Assembly (NCBI GenBank): GCA_963786935.1
Contig: CAWBAN010000001.1
Span: 320,001 to 384,000, forward strand
DNA: 64,000 nucleotides
Source: an uncultured bacterium
GTDB lineage: Bacteria; Krumholzibacteriota; Krumholzibacteriia; Krumholzibacteriales; Krumholzibacteriaceae
Reading direction: 5' to 3'
The notes under the pieces were generated by a model. It was given only the letters and a program-made list of their open reading frames with translations, was not told the DNA's origin and ran no database searches. The position numbers were made by a program, and so were the translations under genes. Shown here piece after piece: positions 21,924 through 35,096 of this stretch (position 1 is its first letter; every line of letters starts with the position of its first letter).

Positions 21924-24047
21924 TCAGTGCGGCACGACCTTGTCCCGCGACGCTTCCTTGTCGATGTCCCGGAAGTCCTTGTCCTTGTCCAGCAAATCGT
22001 ACGAGCTGACGCGGTGCAGGTCGCACTGGCGCGTCGGCTCGTTTCCCTCGATGAAGATCTCGCGCGAGATCTTCGGGCAGTACGGGGTGCTCAGGAGCCC
22101 CGATTCCTGACAGACGAGCTCCTCGATGATGTTGGGGGGGCGGTTGAACGCGGGGCCCCGGTTGCCCGGGTACGCCGCCTTCATCGTTTCGATCCAGATC
22201 GGGAGCGCCACGCGGGCGCCCGTCATGCCGTCCCCGATGCTCTTGCGCTCGTCGTAGCCCGTCCAGACGCCGATCACGATCTCGGGCGTATATCCGATGA
22301 ACCACGCGTCGGTGTACTCGTCGGTCGTGCCCGTTTTGCCCGCGACGGGAATATCGAGGCCGCGGCTGCGCACGGCCCACGCGGTGCCGTTGACCTCGTC
22401 GATCACGCTCTCGAGCATGTCGGTGATCATGTACGACACGTCCGGCGGGAGCGCCTCCTCGTGGAACTCGCGGTATTCCTCCACCGTGTTTCCGTTCCGG
22501 TCCTCGATGCGGAGGATCGACATCGGCTCGGCGCGCATTCCCTCGGCGGCGAGCACGCCGTACGCGGACGCGAGGTCGAGGAGCGTCACCTCGCTCGCGC
22601 CGAGCGCGAGCGACAGCACGTTCTGCAGGCGGCTCTTGATCCCCATCCGCTTGGCCACGCCGATGACCGAGGGAGGGCCGAGCGCCTGGATGAGCTTGAT
22701 GGAGGGGATGTTGATCGATCTCGAGAGCGCCTCGCGCAACGTGATCGCTCCGTGGAATTTCCTGTCGTAGTTGCGCGGCTTGTACACGTCGCCGTTCGGC
22801 AGCTCGACGACGAGCGGCGTGTCGAGGATGATGTCCGACGGATTGTACCCGTTCTCGAGCGCCGAGATGTAGACGAACGGCTTGAAGGCCGAGCCGGGCT
22901 GCCGGGGCGCCTGAATCGCGCGGTTGTACTGGGTCTCGCGGAAGTCCCTCCCGCCGATCATGGCGAGGATGTGCCCGCTGCGCGGGTCGATCGCCACGAG
23001 CGCTCCCTGCAGGTACTCGGGGGCGAGCTTTTCCCCGCGCGCCGCGGCGGCCTCGAACCGGGCGCGGGTGAGCTTGAAGCCGTACGCCGTCTCGATCTCC
23101 CGCAGCCAGCGCTCGAGGTTCCGCTCCGCCGCGCGCTGCAGCTTCGCGTCGAGCGTCGTGTAGACCGTGTACCCGTCCCGGTAGACGGAACGGGCCCCGT
23201 ACTTCTCCTCGAGGACGATCCGGATCTGCTCGGCGAAATATCCGGCGAAATCCTGGTTGTCCGAAACCTTCTTGACGAGATCGAGCGAGCGATCGCGCAG
23301 CGAGTCCCGCTGCGCCTCCGTGATGACGCCGAATTCCTCCATCGCGCCGAGCACGAGGCTCACGCGCCGGGCCGCTCGCTCGGGATACGCGAACGGATTA
23401 TAGCCGCCGGGATTCTTCGGCAGCCCCGCCAAGAGCGCCATCTGGTTGAGCCCGATGTCGCGGACCGATTTTCCGAAGAACTTCCTCGACGCCGCCTCGA
23501 TCCCGTACGTCCCCTCGCCGAAGTAGATCTGGTTGAGATACATCTCGAGGATCTCGTCCTTCGAGTACGTGCGCTCGATCTTGAAGGCGAGGAGCGCTTC
23601 CCTGATCTTGCGGGGGAAGGTCTGCTCCTTCTTGTTGAGGAAGAGATCGGTCGATATCTGCTGCGTGATCGTGCTCGCTCCCTGCGCCCTGCTCCAGTGA
23701 ATGAGGTCTCTCCATATTGTGACGAAGAGGCGCTGCATGTCGATGCCGCTGTGCTGATAGAAGCGGCGGTCCTCGACGGCGAGGAAGGTCTTCTGCACGA
23801 GGACGGGGATTTCGTCGAGCGGCACGTAGATGCGGTTCTGCTCGTAGAACTCCTTGACGACGGTCGAATCGCGGGCGAGGATGCGCGTCTTGAGCGACGG
23901 CTCTATCATCTCGAGCCGCTCCATCGAGGGGAGATCCCGCGAGAACCACTGTATCGCCGCGGTGCCGATGCCGATGACGCAGACGAGCGCGAGCCCGAGG
24001 CTCCAGAGGAAGATCTTCTCGCCGCGCGTGAGTGGCCTGAATCCCAT
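21924..24047 (-). CDS. Class A penicillin-binding protein (PBP1A family)
   Basis: Transglycosylase motifs EDRRFYQHSG and GASTITQQ. Transpeptidase motifs SAFK, SIN and KTGT. N-terminal TM anchor. Confidence 0.95.
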   Translation of the reverse strand: MGFRPLTRGEKIFLWSLGLALVCVIGIGTAAIQWFSRDLPSMERLEMIEPSLKTRILARDSTVVKEFYEQNRIYVPLDEIPVLVQKTFLAVEDRRFYQHSGIDMQRLFVTIWRDLIHWSRAQGASTITQQISTDLFLNKKEQTFPRKIREALLAFKIERTYSKDEILEMYLNQIYFGEGTYGIEAASRKFFGKSVRDIGLNQMALLAGLPKNPGGYNPFAYPERAARRVSLVLGAMEEFGVITEAQRDSLRDRSLDLVKKVSDNQDFAGYFAEQIRIVLEEKYGARSVYRDGYTVYTTLDAKLQRAAERNLERWLREIETAYGFKLTRARFEAAAARGEKLAPEYLQGALVAIDPRSGHILAMIGGRDFRETQYNRAIQAPRQPGSAFKPFVYISALENGYNPSDIILDTPLVVELPNGDVYKPRNYDRKFHGAITLREALSRSINIPSIKLIQALGPPSVIGVAKRMGIKSRLQNVLSLALGASEVTLLDLASAYGVLAAEGMRAEPMSILRIEDRNGNTVEEYREFHEEALPPDVSYMITDMLESVIDEVNGTAWAVRSRGLDIPVAGKTGTTDEYTDAWFIGYTPEIVIGVWTGYDERKSIGDGMTGARVALPIWIETMKAAYPGNRGPAFNRPPNIIEELVCQESGLLSTPYCPKISREIFIEGNEPTRQCDLHRVSSYDLLDKDKDFRDIDKEASRDKVVPH

Positions 24048-24205
24048 ATGAATCAATCGTCCCGTCGATTCCGAACGCCCGCAGGAAGCGCCTGCTCGTG
24101 AGAGAATGTATATCCCGGGACCGGCTTTTTCCAATCCTTTTATGCGGAGCGGGAGCGAGGCGCGGGAGGGCGCGCGAAAAGATTCGGGGTTTTTGGAAAT
24201 ATCGT

Positions 24206-24234
24206 TTGACAACCGCGCCGGCATCGTTTATATA
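24206..24234 (+). promoter_or_regulatory. rRNA operon promoter P1 (putative)
   Basis: TTGACA-N17-TATATA. Confidence 0.6.
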
Positions 24235-24310
24235 TGCAGGGCGCTAACGCGCAGTTCGAAAGCGAATTGCAGCGCCTCCAAAAATTCTTCAGAAAACTCC
24301 TACAGAGGGG

Positions 24311-24339
24311 TTGACAAAGAAACCCGATTGCGATATATT
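24311..24339 (+). promoter_or_regulatory. rRNA operon promoter P2 (putative)
   Basis: TTGACA-N17-TATATT. Confidence 0.7.
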
Positions 24340-24372
24340 GGGTAGCTGGAGAAAATTCCATATAGGGAATTC

Positions 24373-24384
24373 TGTTCTTTGAAA
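24373..24384 (+). promoter_or_regulatory. Leader boxA antitermination site
   Basis: TGTTCTTTGAAA. It is followed by GAAATAGCGTGCGA (24387-24400), which pairs with TCGCACGCTATTTC (26134-26147) as the 16S processing stem. Confidence 0.8.
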
Positions 24385-24495
24385 ACGAAATAGCGTGCGA
24401 TGCCCTTGCCAGATGATTCGGGCTCCGATCCTTCGGGATCGGAGGTGGAATGTCAAATAGAGCATTGCTTTCACGCAATGACTCTTCGTTTTTTT

Positions 24496-26056
<1,561 letters not shown>

Positions 26057-26158
26057 TTAAGGAGTGTTTCCGGGCTAGATCGGCAACGATCGAAGCGCGG
26101 AGAGCTCCAGGTCGACCGGACCATCTGCAAGTCTCGCACGCTATTTCCGTTATATTCG

Positions 26159-26235
26159 GGGCCTATAGCTCAGTTGGTTAGAGCGCGCGCCTGATAAGCG
26201 CGAGGTCAGTGGTTCAACTCCACTTAGGCCCACCA
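26159..26235 (+). tRNA. tRNA-Ile (GAT)
   Basis: Cloverleaf GGGCCTA...TAGGCCCA-CCA with anticodon loop CTGATAA. Confidence 0.97.
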
Positions 26236-26263
26236 TTGAGTGGCTTCGAGCAACGACTCAATC

Positions 26264-26336
26264 GGGGATGTAGCTCAGCTGGGAGAGCACCTGCTTTGCA
26301 AGCAGGGGGTCGCCGGTTCGAACCCGGTCATCTCCA
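26264..26336 (+). tRNA. tRNA-Ala (TGC), CCA not encoded
   Basis: GGGGATG...CATCTCC-A with the G3:U70 pair and anticodon loop TTTGCAA. Followed by CGA rather than CCA. Confidence 0.97.
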
Positions 26337-26364
26337 CGAATACCAGATTCTGGACTTTCCAGTT

Positions 26365-26391
26365 TGCTCTTTGACAACAAAAACAGGGTGA
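26365..26391 (+). promoter_or_regulatory. Spacer boxA and 5' strand of the 23S processing stem
   Basis: TGCTCTTTGACA. TTGACAACAAAAACAGGGTGA pairs with TCACCCTGTTTTGTTGTCAA at 29478-29497. Confidence 0.8.
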
Positions 26392-26418
26392 AGAAACAGG
26401 CATCTTCGTAAGATTTCT

Positions 26419-29448
<3,030 letters not shown>

Positions 29449-29509
29449 GATTATAATTTTACGAGCATACCTGTCAATCACCCTGTTTTGTTGTCAATTA
29501 AAACGGAAT

Positions 29510-29626
<117 letters not shown>

Positions 29627-29631
29627 AATTG

Positions 29632-29664
29632 AAAAGAGCCGCTCGAGAGAGCGGCTCTTTTTTT
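29632..29664. terminator. Bidirectional Rho-independent terminator of the rRNA operon
   Basis: AAAAGAGCCGCTC-GAGA-GAGCGGCTCTTTTTTT. Confidence 0.9.
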
Positions 29665-29709
29665 ACGTCCGATCGCGTTCGGCGCGCGGCGTATGGCGGC
29701 GCGTCGCGA

Positions 29710-30099
29710 TCATTTTTTCACGCCCTCGGCCTTCATCTTCTCGATCGCCCGGAGCGCTTCCTCGCGGCTCGAATAGATATTATAGGGCATCCCCGATTTC
29801 ATGGCCGTCGTCCGCAGCGACATGCGGACGACGCTGTCGGTGCCCCAGCGGGCGAGGCCGAGGAGCATGTCGCTCGTCGCCTTGCGCGCGGCTTCGCCGT
29901 AGTATTCGGCGATCTCCGCGTGTATCGAGAGCCCGTCGATGTGGGCGACCATCCAGAATTTCTCGCCGATGAGCTTCATCTGCCGGTCGTACTCGGCGAA
30001 GAAATCGTCGACGTCCTGCTTCGTCTTGATGTCCCAGTGATCCTCGACGAAAAGGATTTTCGAACCGCGATCGTAGTCGAATACTACATTGTTCGGCAT
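29710..30099 (-). CDS. Hypothetical protein, possibly STAS/SEC14 (SpoIIAA)-like
   Basis: 129 aa with good codon bias. The beta/alpha pattern ends in IYSSREEALRAI, typical of STAS/SEC14-like proteins. Confidence 0.65.
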   Translation of the reverse strand: MPNNVVFDYDRGSKILFVEDHWDIKTKQDVDDFFAEYDRQMKLIGEKFWMVAHIDGLSIHAEIAEYYGEAARKATSDMLLGLARWGTDSVVRMSLRTTAMKSGMPYNIYSSREEALRAIEKMKAEGVKK

Positions 30100-30302
30100 C
30101 GCAGCGCCCCGCTTTCAAGCACGTGTACGGCCCCTCCGGCTCCACATCAAGCAACGAGCATACCCGCGCGAGCGGGAAATGCAAGAATTTTCGCGACGGC
30201 AAAGGCGCGTGGCGGATATCCGTCGGCACCGGCCGGCGTCGGGCACATATGGACTCGGACCGCGTCGCACGAAACGCCGCCCGATCGGGGGAGGCTGCCG
30301 GA

Positions 30303-30544
30303 GTGCTGCAAAAGGGAGAATTCGTCAGACACAACGACGTCGTCGGACGCGAGGTCATGCACGAATTCGCCGTGACCTCCTCATGTTTCACAAGCCGGTC
30401 AGTCCGGGGAGCGAGATCACCGTGGAGCTTCTCGCGCCCGTCAATCTCGGGAGCATGCTCGTCACCCTGCGGTCCCGCGTCTACATCGGCGAGACCATGC
30501 ACTACGAAGTCAAGACGAAGATCGGGACCTTCGAGAGCATCTGA
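30303..30544 (+). CDS. Small hypothetical protein (about 80 aa, weakly PilZ-like) interrupted by a -1 frameshift near 30376-30380
   Basis: SD GGGAGG plus GTG start. GC3-rich codons switch frame at ACCTCCTCATG. The joined product is MLQKGEFVRHNDVVGREVMHEFAVT(S/L)LMFHKPVSPGSEITVELLAP... Confidence 0.55.
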
Positions 30545-30568
30545 TCCGCCGGACTCATCGGGAATAAT

Positions 30569-32089
30569 TCAATCGAGCTGCCGGGAAAAGATCCATGCGA
30601 CGGCCCGGCCCGTTCTCCGGTGCGCGACGACGCGCGCGAGCCGGTATTCGGGCTCGAGCGCCTTCGCGAGCGTTTCGATGTCGGGATAGGCGCCGTCGAA
30701 CATCGAGAAATCGGAGACGATCGTGTCGTACGGCGCCCCCTTCACGCGCGCGATCTTCTCCGCCGTCCACCAGCGGGGCGGATCCCCTTCGATGTCCGCG
30801 CCGGGCGCGTACCATTTCATCAGGGGGGCGTAGAAATAGTAGGCCCGGGCGCCGGGCCGCTCCGCGAGATAGTCCCGGACGCCGAGGAAGCCGGGGTGCT
30901 CCTGCGGCCCGACGACGTCGGCGTCCCCGCTCGTCGCCGGAGGGATCGAGAGCGCGAGCAGCAGCGCGCACGCGGCGACGATCGCGATCCGTCCCGGACG
31001 CGGCGCGAGGCGCACGAGCGCCGCGGCGGCGCAGGAAAAGAGCACCGCGAGCGGGGGCATCATGTCGGCGATGTGATGGACGTAGACGAGGCGCTGCCGC
31101 GTGTTCACGACGAAGGCCGCCGCCACGTAGAGCGCGAACGGGAGCATCATCAGGTGCGCGCGCTCGAGATCGGCACGTGTCCCGGCGCTCGCCCTTCGCG
31201 CGGCCGCGAGGTTCAGCGCGCCGGCCATGAGGCCCAGCGCGGCCGCGAGGGCGAACGCGGGGGACTGCTCGAAGAGCGCGCGGTACAGCGACGTCCACGG
31301 AAGGTTCTGGACGTTCGCGGCGTTGTCTTTGATCCGGAAGAGTATCGATTTGGCGAGGCTCGCCTCGAAGATCAACGCCGGCCAGAGGACGACGAGGAGC
31401 ACGAGCGACACGAGGACGGCGAGGCCCCACGCCCGCGCGGCCGGTCGCCGCGGCCGCCGGCGCAGATCGATGATGAGCGCGACTGTGAAAGCCGGAACAA
31501 GGACGATTCCGAGCTCGCACGTGAGGAGCGCGAGCGTGGCGCAGATTCCCGCGCCGATGAGGCGCGCGGGGCCCGGCTTCGACAGATGGAGCGCGAGAAA
31601 CAGGAGGGCGCAGGCGACGAAGAGCGAGTACACCGCGTCCCAGTTCGCCGTGCGGCTCACGTACAGGTGGACGGGAAGGAGCGCGAGCATCAGCCCGCCG
31701 AAAAGGGCGGCGGCGAAACGGCCGCCGACGGGAGCGAGGATGAGGAGCACGGAGAGCGAGACCGCGAGACAGCACAGCGCCCCCGCGATCATGGAGAATA
31801 CGCGGGCGCCGAACTCGTCCGATCCGAAGACGCGGTTGTTCAGGAGAATGAGGTAGGAGAGGAGCGGCGGATGCCCGCGCCGCTCGTACAGGACGCCGTC
31901 CCGGTCGAGCGCGTTGTCGGCGAATCCCCGTTGCGCGACCATCTGGGAGACGATCGCGTCGTGGGCGAACGATTCGCTCACCGTCGGATGGATCCGGATG
32001 AGGAGCGCCGGCGCGAGGACGAGCGTGCAGAGCGCCGCCGCGAGCAGGGCCGTTTTCCGCGTGTGAGCCGATGCGTCGAGTCGAATCAT
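30569..32089 (-). CDS. ArnT/PMT-like (GT-C, family 39-like) membrane glycosyltransferase
   Basis: Many TM helices, with HD after TM1, HPPL, EFGAR and NWD motifs. Confidence 0.8.
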   Translation of the reverse strand: MIRLDASAHTRKTALLAAALCTLVLAPALLIRIHPTVSESFAHDAIVSQMVAQRGFADNALDRDGVLYERRGHPPLLSYLILLNNRVFGSDEFGARVFSMIAGALCCLAVSLSVLLILAPVGGRFAAALFGGLMLALLPVHLYVSRTANWDAVYSLFVACALLFLALHLSKPGPARLIGAGICATLALLTCELGIVLVPAFTVALIIDLRRRPRRPAARAWGLAVLVSLVLLVVLWPALIFEASLAKSILFRIKDNAANVQNLPWTSLYRALFEQSPAFALAAALGLMAGALNLAAARRASAGTRADLERAHLMMLPFALYVAAAFVVNTRQRLVYVHHIADMMPPLAVLFSCAAAALVRLAPRPGRIAIVAACALLLALSIPPATSGDADVVGPQEHPGFLGVRDYLAERPGARAYYFYAPLMKWYAPGADIEGDPPRWWTAEKIARVKGAPYDTIVSDFSMFDGAYPDIETLAKALEPEYRLARVVAHRRTGRAVAWIFSRQLD

Positions 32090-32242
32090 CGTTCGGGCTT
32101 TGACTCCGTGCCGTTCCGGTGCGTTCCGGACGTTCATTGTACCCCATCGGCAGCGCGGCCGTCAGCGGTTTTTCCGGCGCGGCGAGATGCCGCTTGCATC
32201 GAGGAGCGGCGGTGGTGTACGTTCGCGCTCGAAACACGAACC

Positions 32243-33823
32243 ATGCGCCGTTTGATGGAGATGACGAACGCACCCGAGCGTCTGAGGAACCGATACGATG
32301 CGGCCGCGGGCCTGCTCGTCGCCGCTTTCGTCCTGTTCCTCCTCTGTGCGGGGCCGAAGCTGCATACGATCGAGATCCCCGATTCGGCCGAGAACGACGG
32401 CTACGTCGCCCAGGCCGACACGATCCGGGCGGGCGCGATCCCGCGCGATCCGTATCATCCGCTCTTCTACCAGATCCTCTCCGCGGGGGCGGGATCCCTC
32501 CTCGGGGACTCGTTCGCCGGCGCGAGGACCGTGTCGTCCCTCATGGCCGGGCTCTTCCTCCTCATGGCGTATCTCGCCGGGCGGTCGCTCGCCGGACCGG
32601 GTGCGGCGCTCTTCTCGGTCGCGATGCTCGCGCTGAACCACAACGTCGTCACGGCGGGGATGGACGCGGCGACCGATATGTGCTTCGCGGCGCTCGCCGC
32701 GGCCGTTTTTTTCTTCTCGCTGCGCGCGGCGGAGCGGCCGGGACGTGCGCCGGCCGTCGCGCTGGCCCTCGCCTTCGCGCTCGCCTTTTTCACCCGATCG
32801 AGCGCCGCCTTCCTCCTGAGCGGCATCCTGCCGGCGCTCCTCGCCGATCCCGCGCGGACGGGGGCGCGGGGCAAGATCGCGCGCCTCGCCGTTTTCGCGC
32901 TCGCAGCCGCGCTGTTTCTCGTCCCGCACTTCGCGCTGACGAACGTCGCGTTCGGCTCTCCGTGGCATAACGAGAACTGGAAAAATCTCGCCTTCAAGCT
33001 TCACGGCGGCGGCGACTGGTCCTATTTCAAGAGGATGCCGTACGACGGGCTCGTGTCCGTGATCGCAAGCGCCCCCCTGAAGCTCGTCACCTCGGCGTTT
33101 CGCGAGCTCGCGAGGTTCTTCTACTCGACGCTCGGCGCCGTCGGGGGGGGAGGGACGGCGGGAGGGATTTTCGCCGGCTCGGCGCTCTTCGGCGTCTATG
33201 CCGCGTGCTTCGGGATGGACCGGAAGCGGCTCGTCGCGCTCGCGCACCTCTGCGGCTACGTTGTCCTGAGCTGCGTGGCGTTTCTATCGGGGCCACGCTT
33301 CATGCTGCCCGTTCTGCCGCTCCTGTGCATCCTCGCCGCGCGGTTTCTTCTCGGCGGCCCGTTCGCGGGCTCCTTCGCGATCGGATCGCGGCGCGTGCCC
33401 CGCGTCGCCCCCGTGGCCGCCGTCGTGCTCGCCGCACTCCTCGTCTCGGCGATTCCGCATGTGCGGATGTACATGCGCGCGCAGCCGCTCGGCGAGCTCG
33501 ATGCGGCGCGTGCGATCGAGCGAGACTACGGCTCCGGGGTGACCGTTCTCGGGACGTTCCCCTTCATGCAGCGCTACGTTCGATACGAGTATCGCGCGCT
33601 CGAGGGCGCGGCGAGCGGGGAAGCGATGGATCTCGACGCGTATGTGCGCCGGCTGGCGGCCGCCGTGGAAGTTGCGGGCGCCGATTTCGTGATCGTCGGG
33701 GAGGCGAGCCTCAAGGGACGCCCCGCCGGGCTTCTCGACGCGGGGGAGGCCGCACCGTTCCTCGATCCTTTGCTCCGCGGCGACGGGGTCGTCGTGTACC
33801 GCGTCGTGAAAGACGCGCCCTGA
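32243..33823 (+). CDS. ArnT/PMT-like (GT-C) membrane glycosyltransferase (start uncertain: 32243, 32255 or 32261)
   Basis: Polytopic protein with ENDGY, YHPLFY, ATDM, FFTR and PRFMLPVLP. Confidence 0.78.
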   Translation: MRRLMEMTNAPERLRNRYDAAAGLLVAAFVLFLLCAGPKLHTIEIPDSAENDGYVAQADTIRAGAIPRDPYHPLFYQILSAGAGSLLGDSFAGARTVSSLMAGLFLLMAYLAGRSLAGPGAALFSVAMLALNHNVVTAGMDAATDMCFAALAAAVFFFSLRAAERPGRAPAVALALAFALAFFTRSSAAFLLSGILPALLADPARTGARGKIARLAVFALAAALFLVPHFALTNVAFGSPWHNENWKNLAFKLHGGGDWSYFKRMPYDGLVSVIASAPLKLVTSAFRELARFFYSTLGAVGGGGTAGGIFAGSALFGVYAACFGMDRKRLVALAHLCGYVVLSCVAFLSGPRFMLPVLPLLCILAARFLLGGPFAGSFAIGSRRVPRVAPVAAVVLAALLVSAIPHVRMYMRAQPLGELDAARAIERDYGSGVTVLGTFPFMQRYVRYEYRALEGAASGEAMDLDAYVRRLAAAVEVAGADFVIVGEASLKGRPAGLLDAGEAAPFLDPLLRGDGVVVYRVVKDAP

Positions 33824-33903
33824 GCCGTCCGCGGCATGCGCAGCAAGCCGTGCGCGGCAGCACAGGGAGCGGTCCGCCGCATGCGCAGGGAGCAGTCCGC
33901 GGC
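33823..33903. repeat. Degenerate intergenic tandem repeat, 3.5 copies of a 22-23 bp unit
   Basis: AGCCGTCCGCGGCATGCGCAGCA / AGCCGTGCGCGGCA-GCACAGGG / AGCGGTCCGCCGCATGCGCAGGG / AGCAGTCCGCGGC. Confidence 0.7.
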
Positions 33904-33914
33904 GCCCCGAATAC

Positions 33915-33944
33915 GAAAGGGCCGCTCGTTCGAGCGGCCCTTTC
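33915..33944. terminator. Bidirectional terminator
   Basis: GAAAGGGCCGCTCG-TT-CGAGCGGCCCTTTC between convergent genes. Confidence 0.8.
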
Positions 33945-34002
33945 CTCGTTCCGGGAAACGCTCCCGGGCGGCGCGGGCCGCCCGGGATTCTCGTCAAATC
34001 AA

Positions 34003-34860
34003 CTACTTGATGATCTTGAACTCGACGCGGCGGTTCTTCGCCCGTCCTTCCTTCGTGTTGTTCGGCGCGACCGGCTTGCTCTCGCCATAGCCCTTCGCGC
34101 TGAGGTTGCCCGCATTGATCTGCGGGAAGTTCGACACGAGGTAGTCGCGCACGGCCTTGGCGCGCGCGTCGGACAGCTTCACGTTGTACGCGTCGGTGCC
34201 GGTGGCGTCCGTATGGCCGCCGACCTCGACGACGAGATCGGGCACCTGCATGAGGATGGCGCCGATCCGGTCGAGCTCGTTCTTGGATTCGGGCCGCAGC
34301 GTCGCCTTATCGAGATCGAAGAGGATCGCCGTCGTCGAAATGAGGCCCGTATCGATGAACTGTTCCGCTTCGATCGGGCATCCCGTCTCGTCGACCTTGG
34401 TGCCGGCCGGCGTGTTCGGGCACTTGTCGATGCCGTCGAGGACGCCGTCGCCGTCGGAGTCGGACGGGCATCCCCTCGCGTCGACCGTCGCGCCGCGGGG
34501 CGTGTCGGGGCACTGATCGATGCCGTTGTAGACGCCGTCACCGTCGGAGTCGGACGGACATCCTACCGCGTCGACCGTCGCGCCGCGAGGCGTTCCGGGG
34601 CACCGGTCGATATCGTCCGTGACGCCGTCGCCGTCGGTGTCGACGGGCGCGGGCGGCGGAGGCGGGGGAGGAGGAGCGACCGCGCACACGCACCGCCACG
34701 GCCACGGCGCGGTGACGAAGCAAAGGATTTTGCTATCCGGTTGATCGGTCATGGTCGTGCGGAACTTCGCCCACTGGTTCTTGTAGCCGGCGAACGCCGG
34801 GGCGCACGTCATCGCGACGACCAGCGCGACAACCAGGAGAATAGCCGCGAATTGCCTCAT
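34003..34860 (-). CDS. OmpA-family peptidoglycan-binding protein with thrombospondin type-3 repeats and no beta-barrel
   Basis: Signal peptide, poly-Pro linker, three DxDGDGVxxxIDxCPxTPxG units and a C-terminal GHTD...LSDARA...NRRVEF. Confidence 0.92.
   Translation of the reverse strand: MRQFAAILLVVALVVAMTCAPAFAGYKNQWAKFRTTMTDQPDSKILCFVTAPWPWRCVCAVAPPPPPPPPAPVDTDGDGVTDDIDRCPGTPRGATVDAVGCPSDSDGDGVYNGIDQCPDTPRGATVDARGCPSDSDGDGVLDGIDKCPNTPAGTKVDETGCPIEAEQFIDTGLISTTAILFDLDKATLRPESKNELDRIGAILMQVPDLVVEVGGHTDATGTDAYNVKLSDARAKAVRDYLVSNFPQINAGNLSAKGYGESKPVAPNNTKEGRAKNRRVEFKIIK
34378..34643 (-). repeat. Intragenic 78 bp (26 aa) TSP3-like repeats, 3 copies
   Basis: Repeated D(S/T)DGDGV...CPxTPxGxxVDxxGCP units. 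Confidence 0.85.
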
Positions 34861-35096
34861 GATCCCTCCTTCGAAACAACAACCACTTCTTGCGTCGTTA
34901 TCTGCTCCCCAATTCTGGTTTACCTTTTATCCCTTTCTATTTTTATTTGCAAGAGAATTTTTTCACTCGGGCAAAATTTATTAGCCGATAAATACGTCAC
35001 TTAGCCCCATCGAACGGCGCATTCCAGCCGTCGGCCGCGTACGGCTCCGCGGGGGCGCCCAGGGCGAGCGCGCCCTCGCGCGCGGCCGTCGCCGCC

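Noticed and set aside
30620..32242. N-terminal extension giving a 1067-aa ORF (similar extensions at 4377, 12534, 17648 and 45602)
   Set aside because: The extensions overlap other genes or lack SD and codon support. Downstream starts fit the domain boundaries.
32113..32281. Imperfect 15-bp inverted repeat between the divergent GT-C genes, as a possible invertible element
   Set aside because: It is short and mismatched in GC-rich sequence, with no recombinase nearby, so it is likely chance.
33823..33903. Possible CRISPR array
   Set aside because: The units are contiguous and degenerate with no unique spacers, and there are no cas genes in the window.
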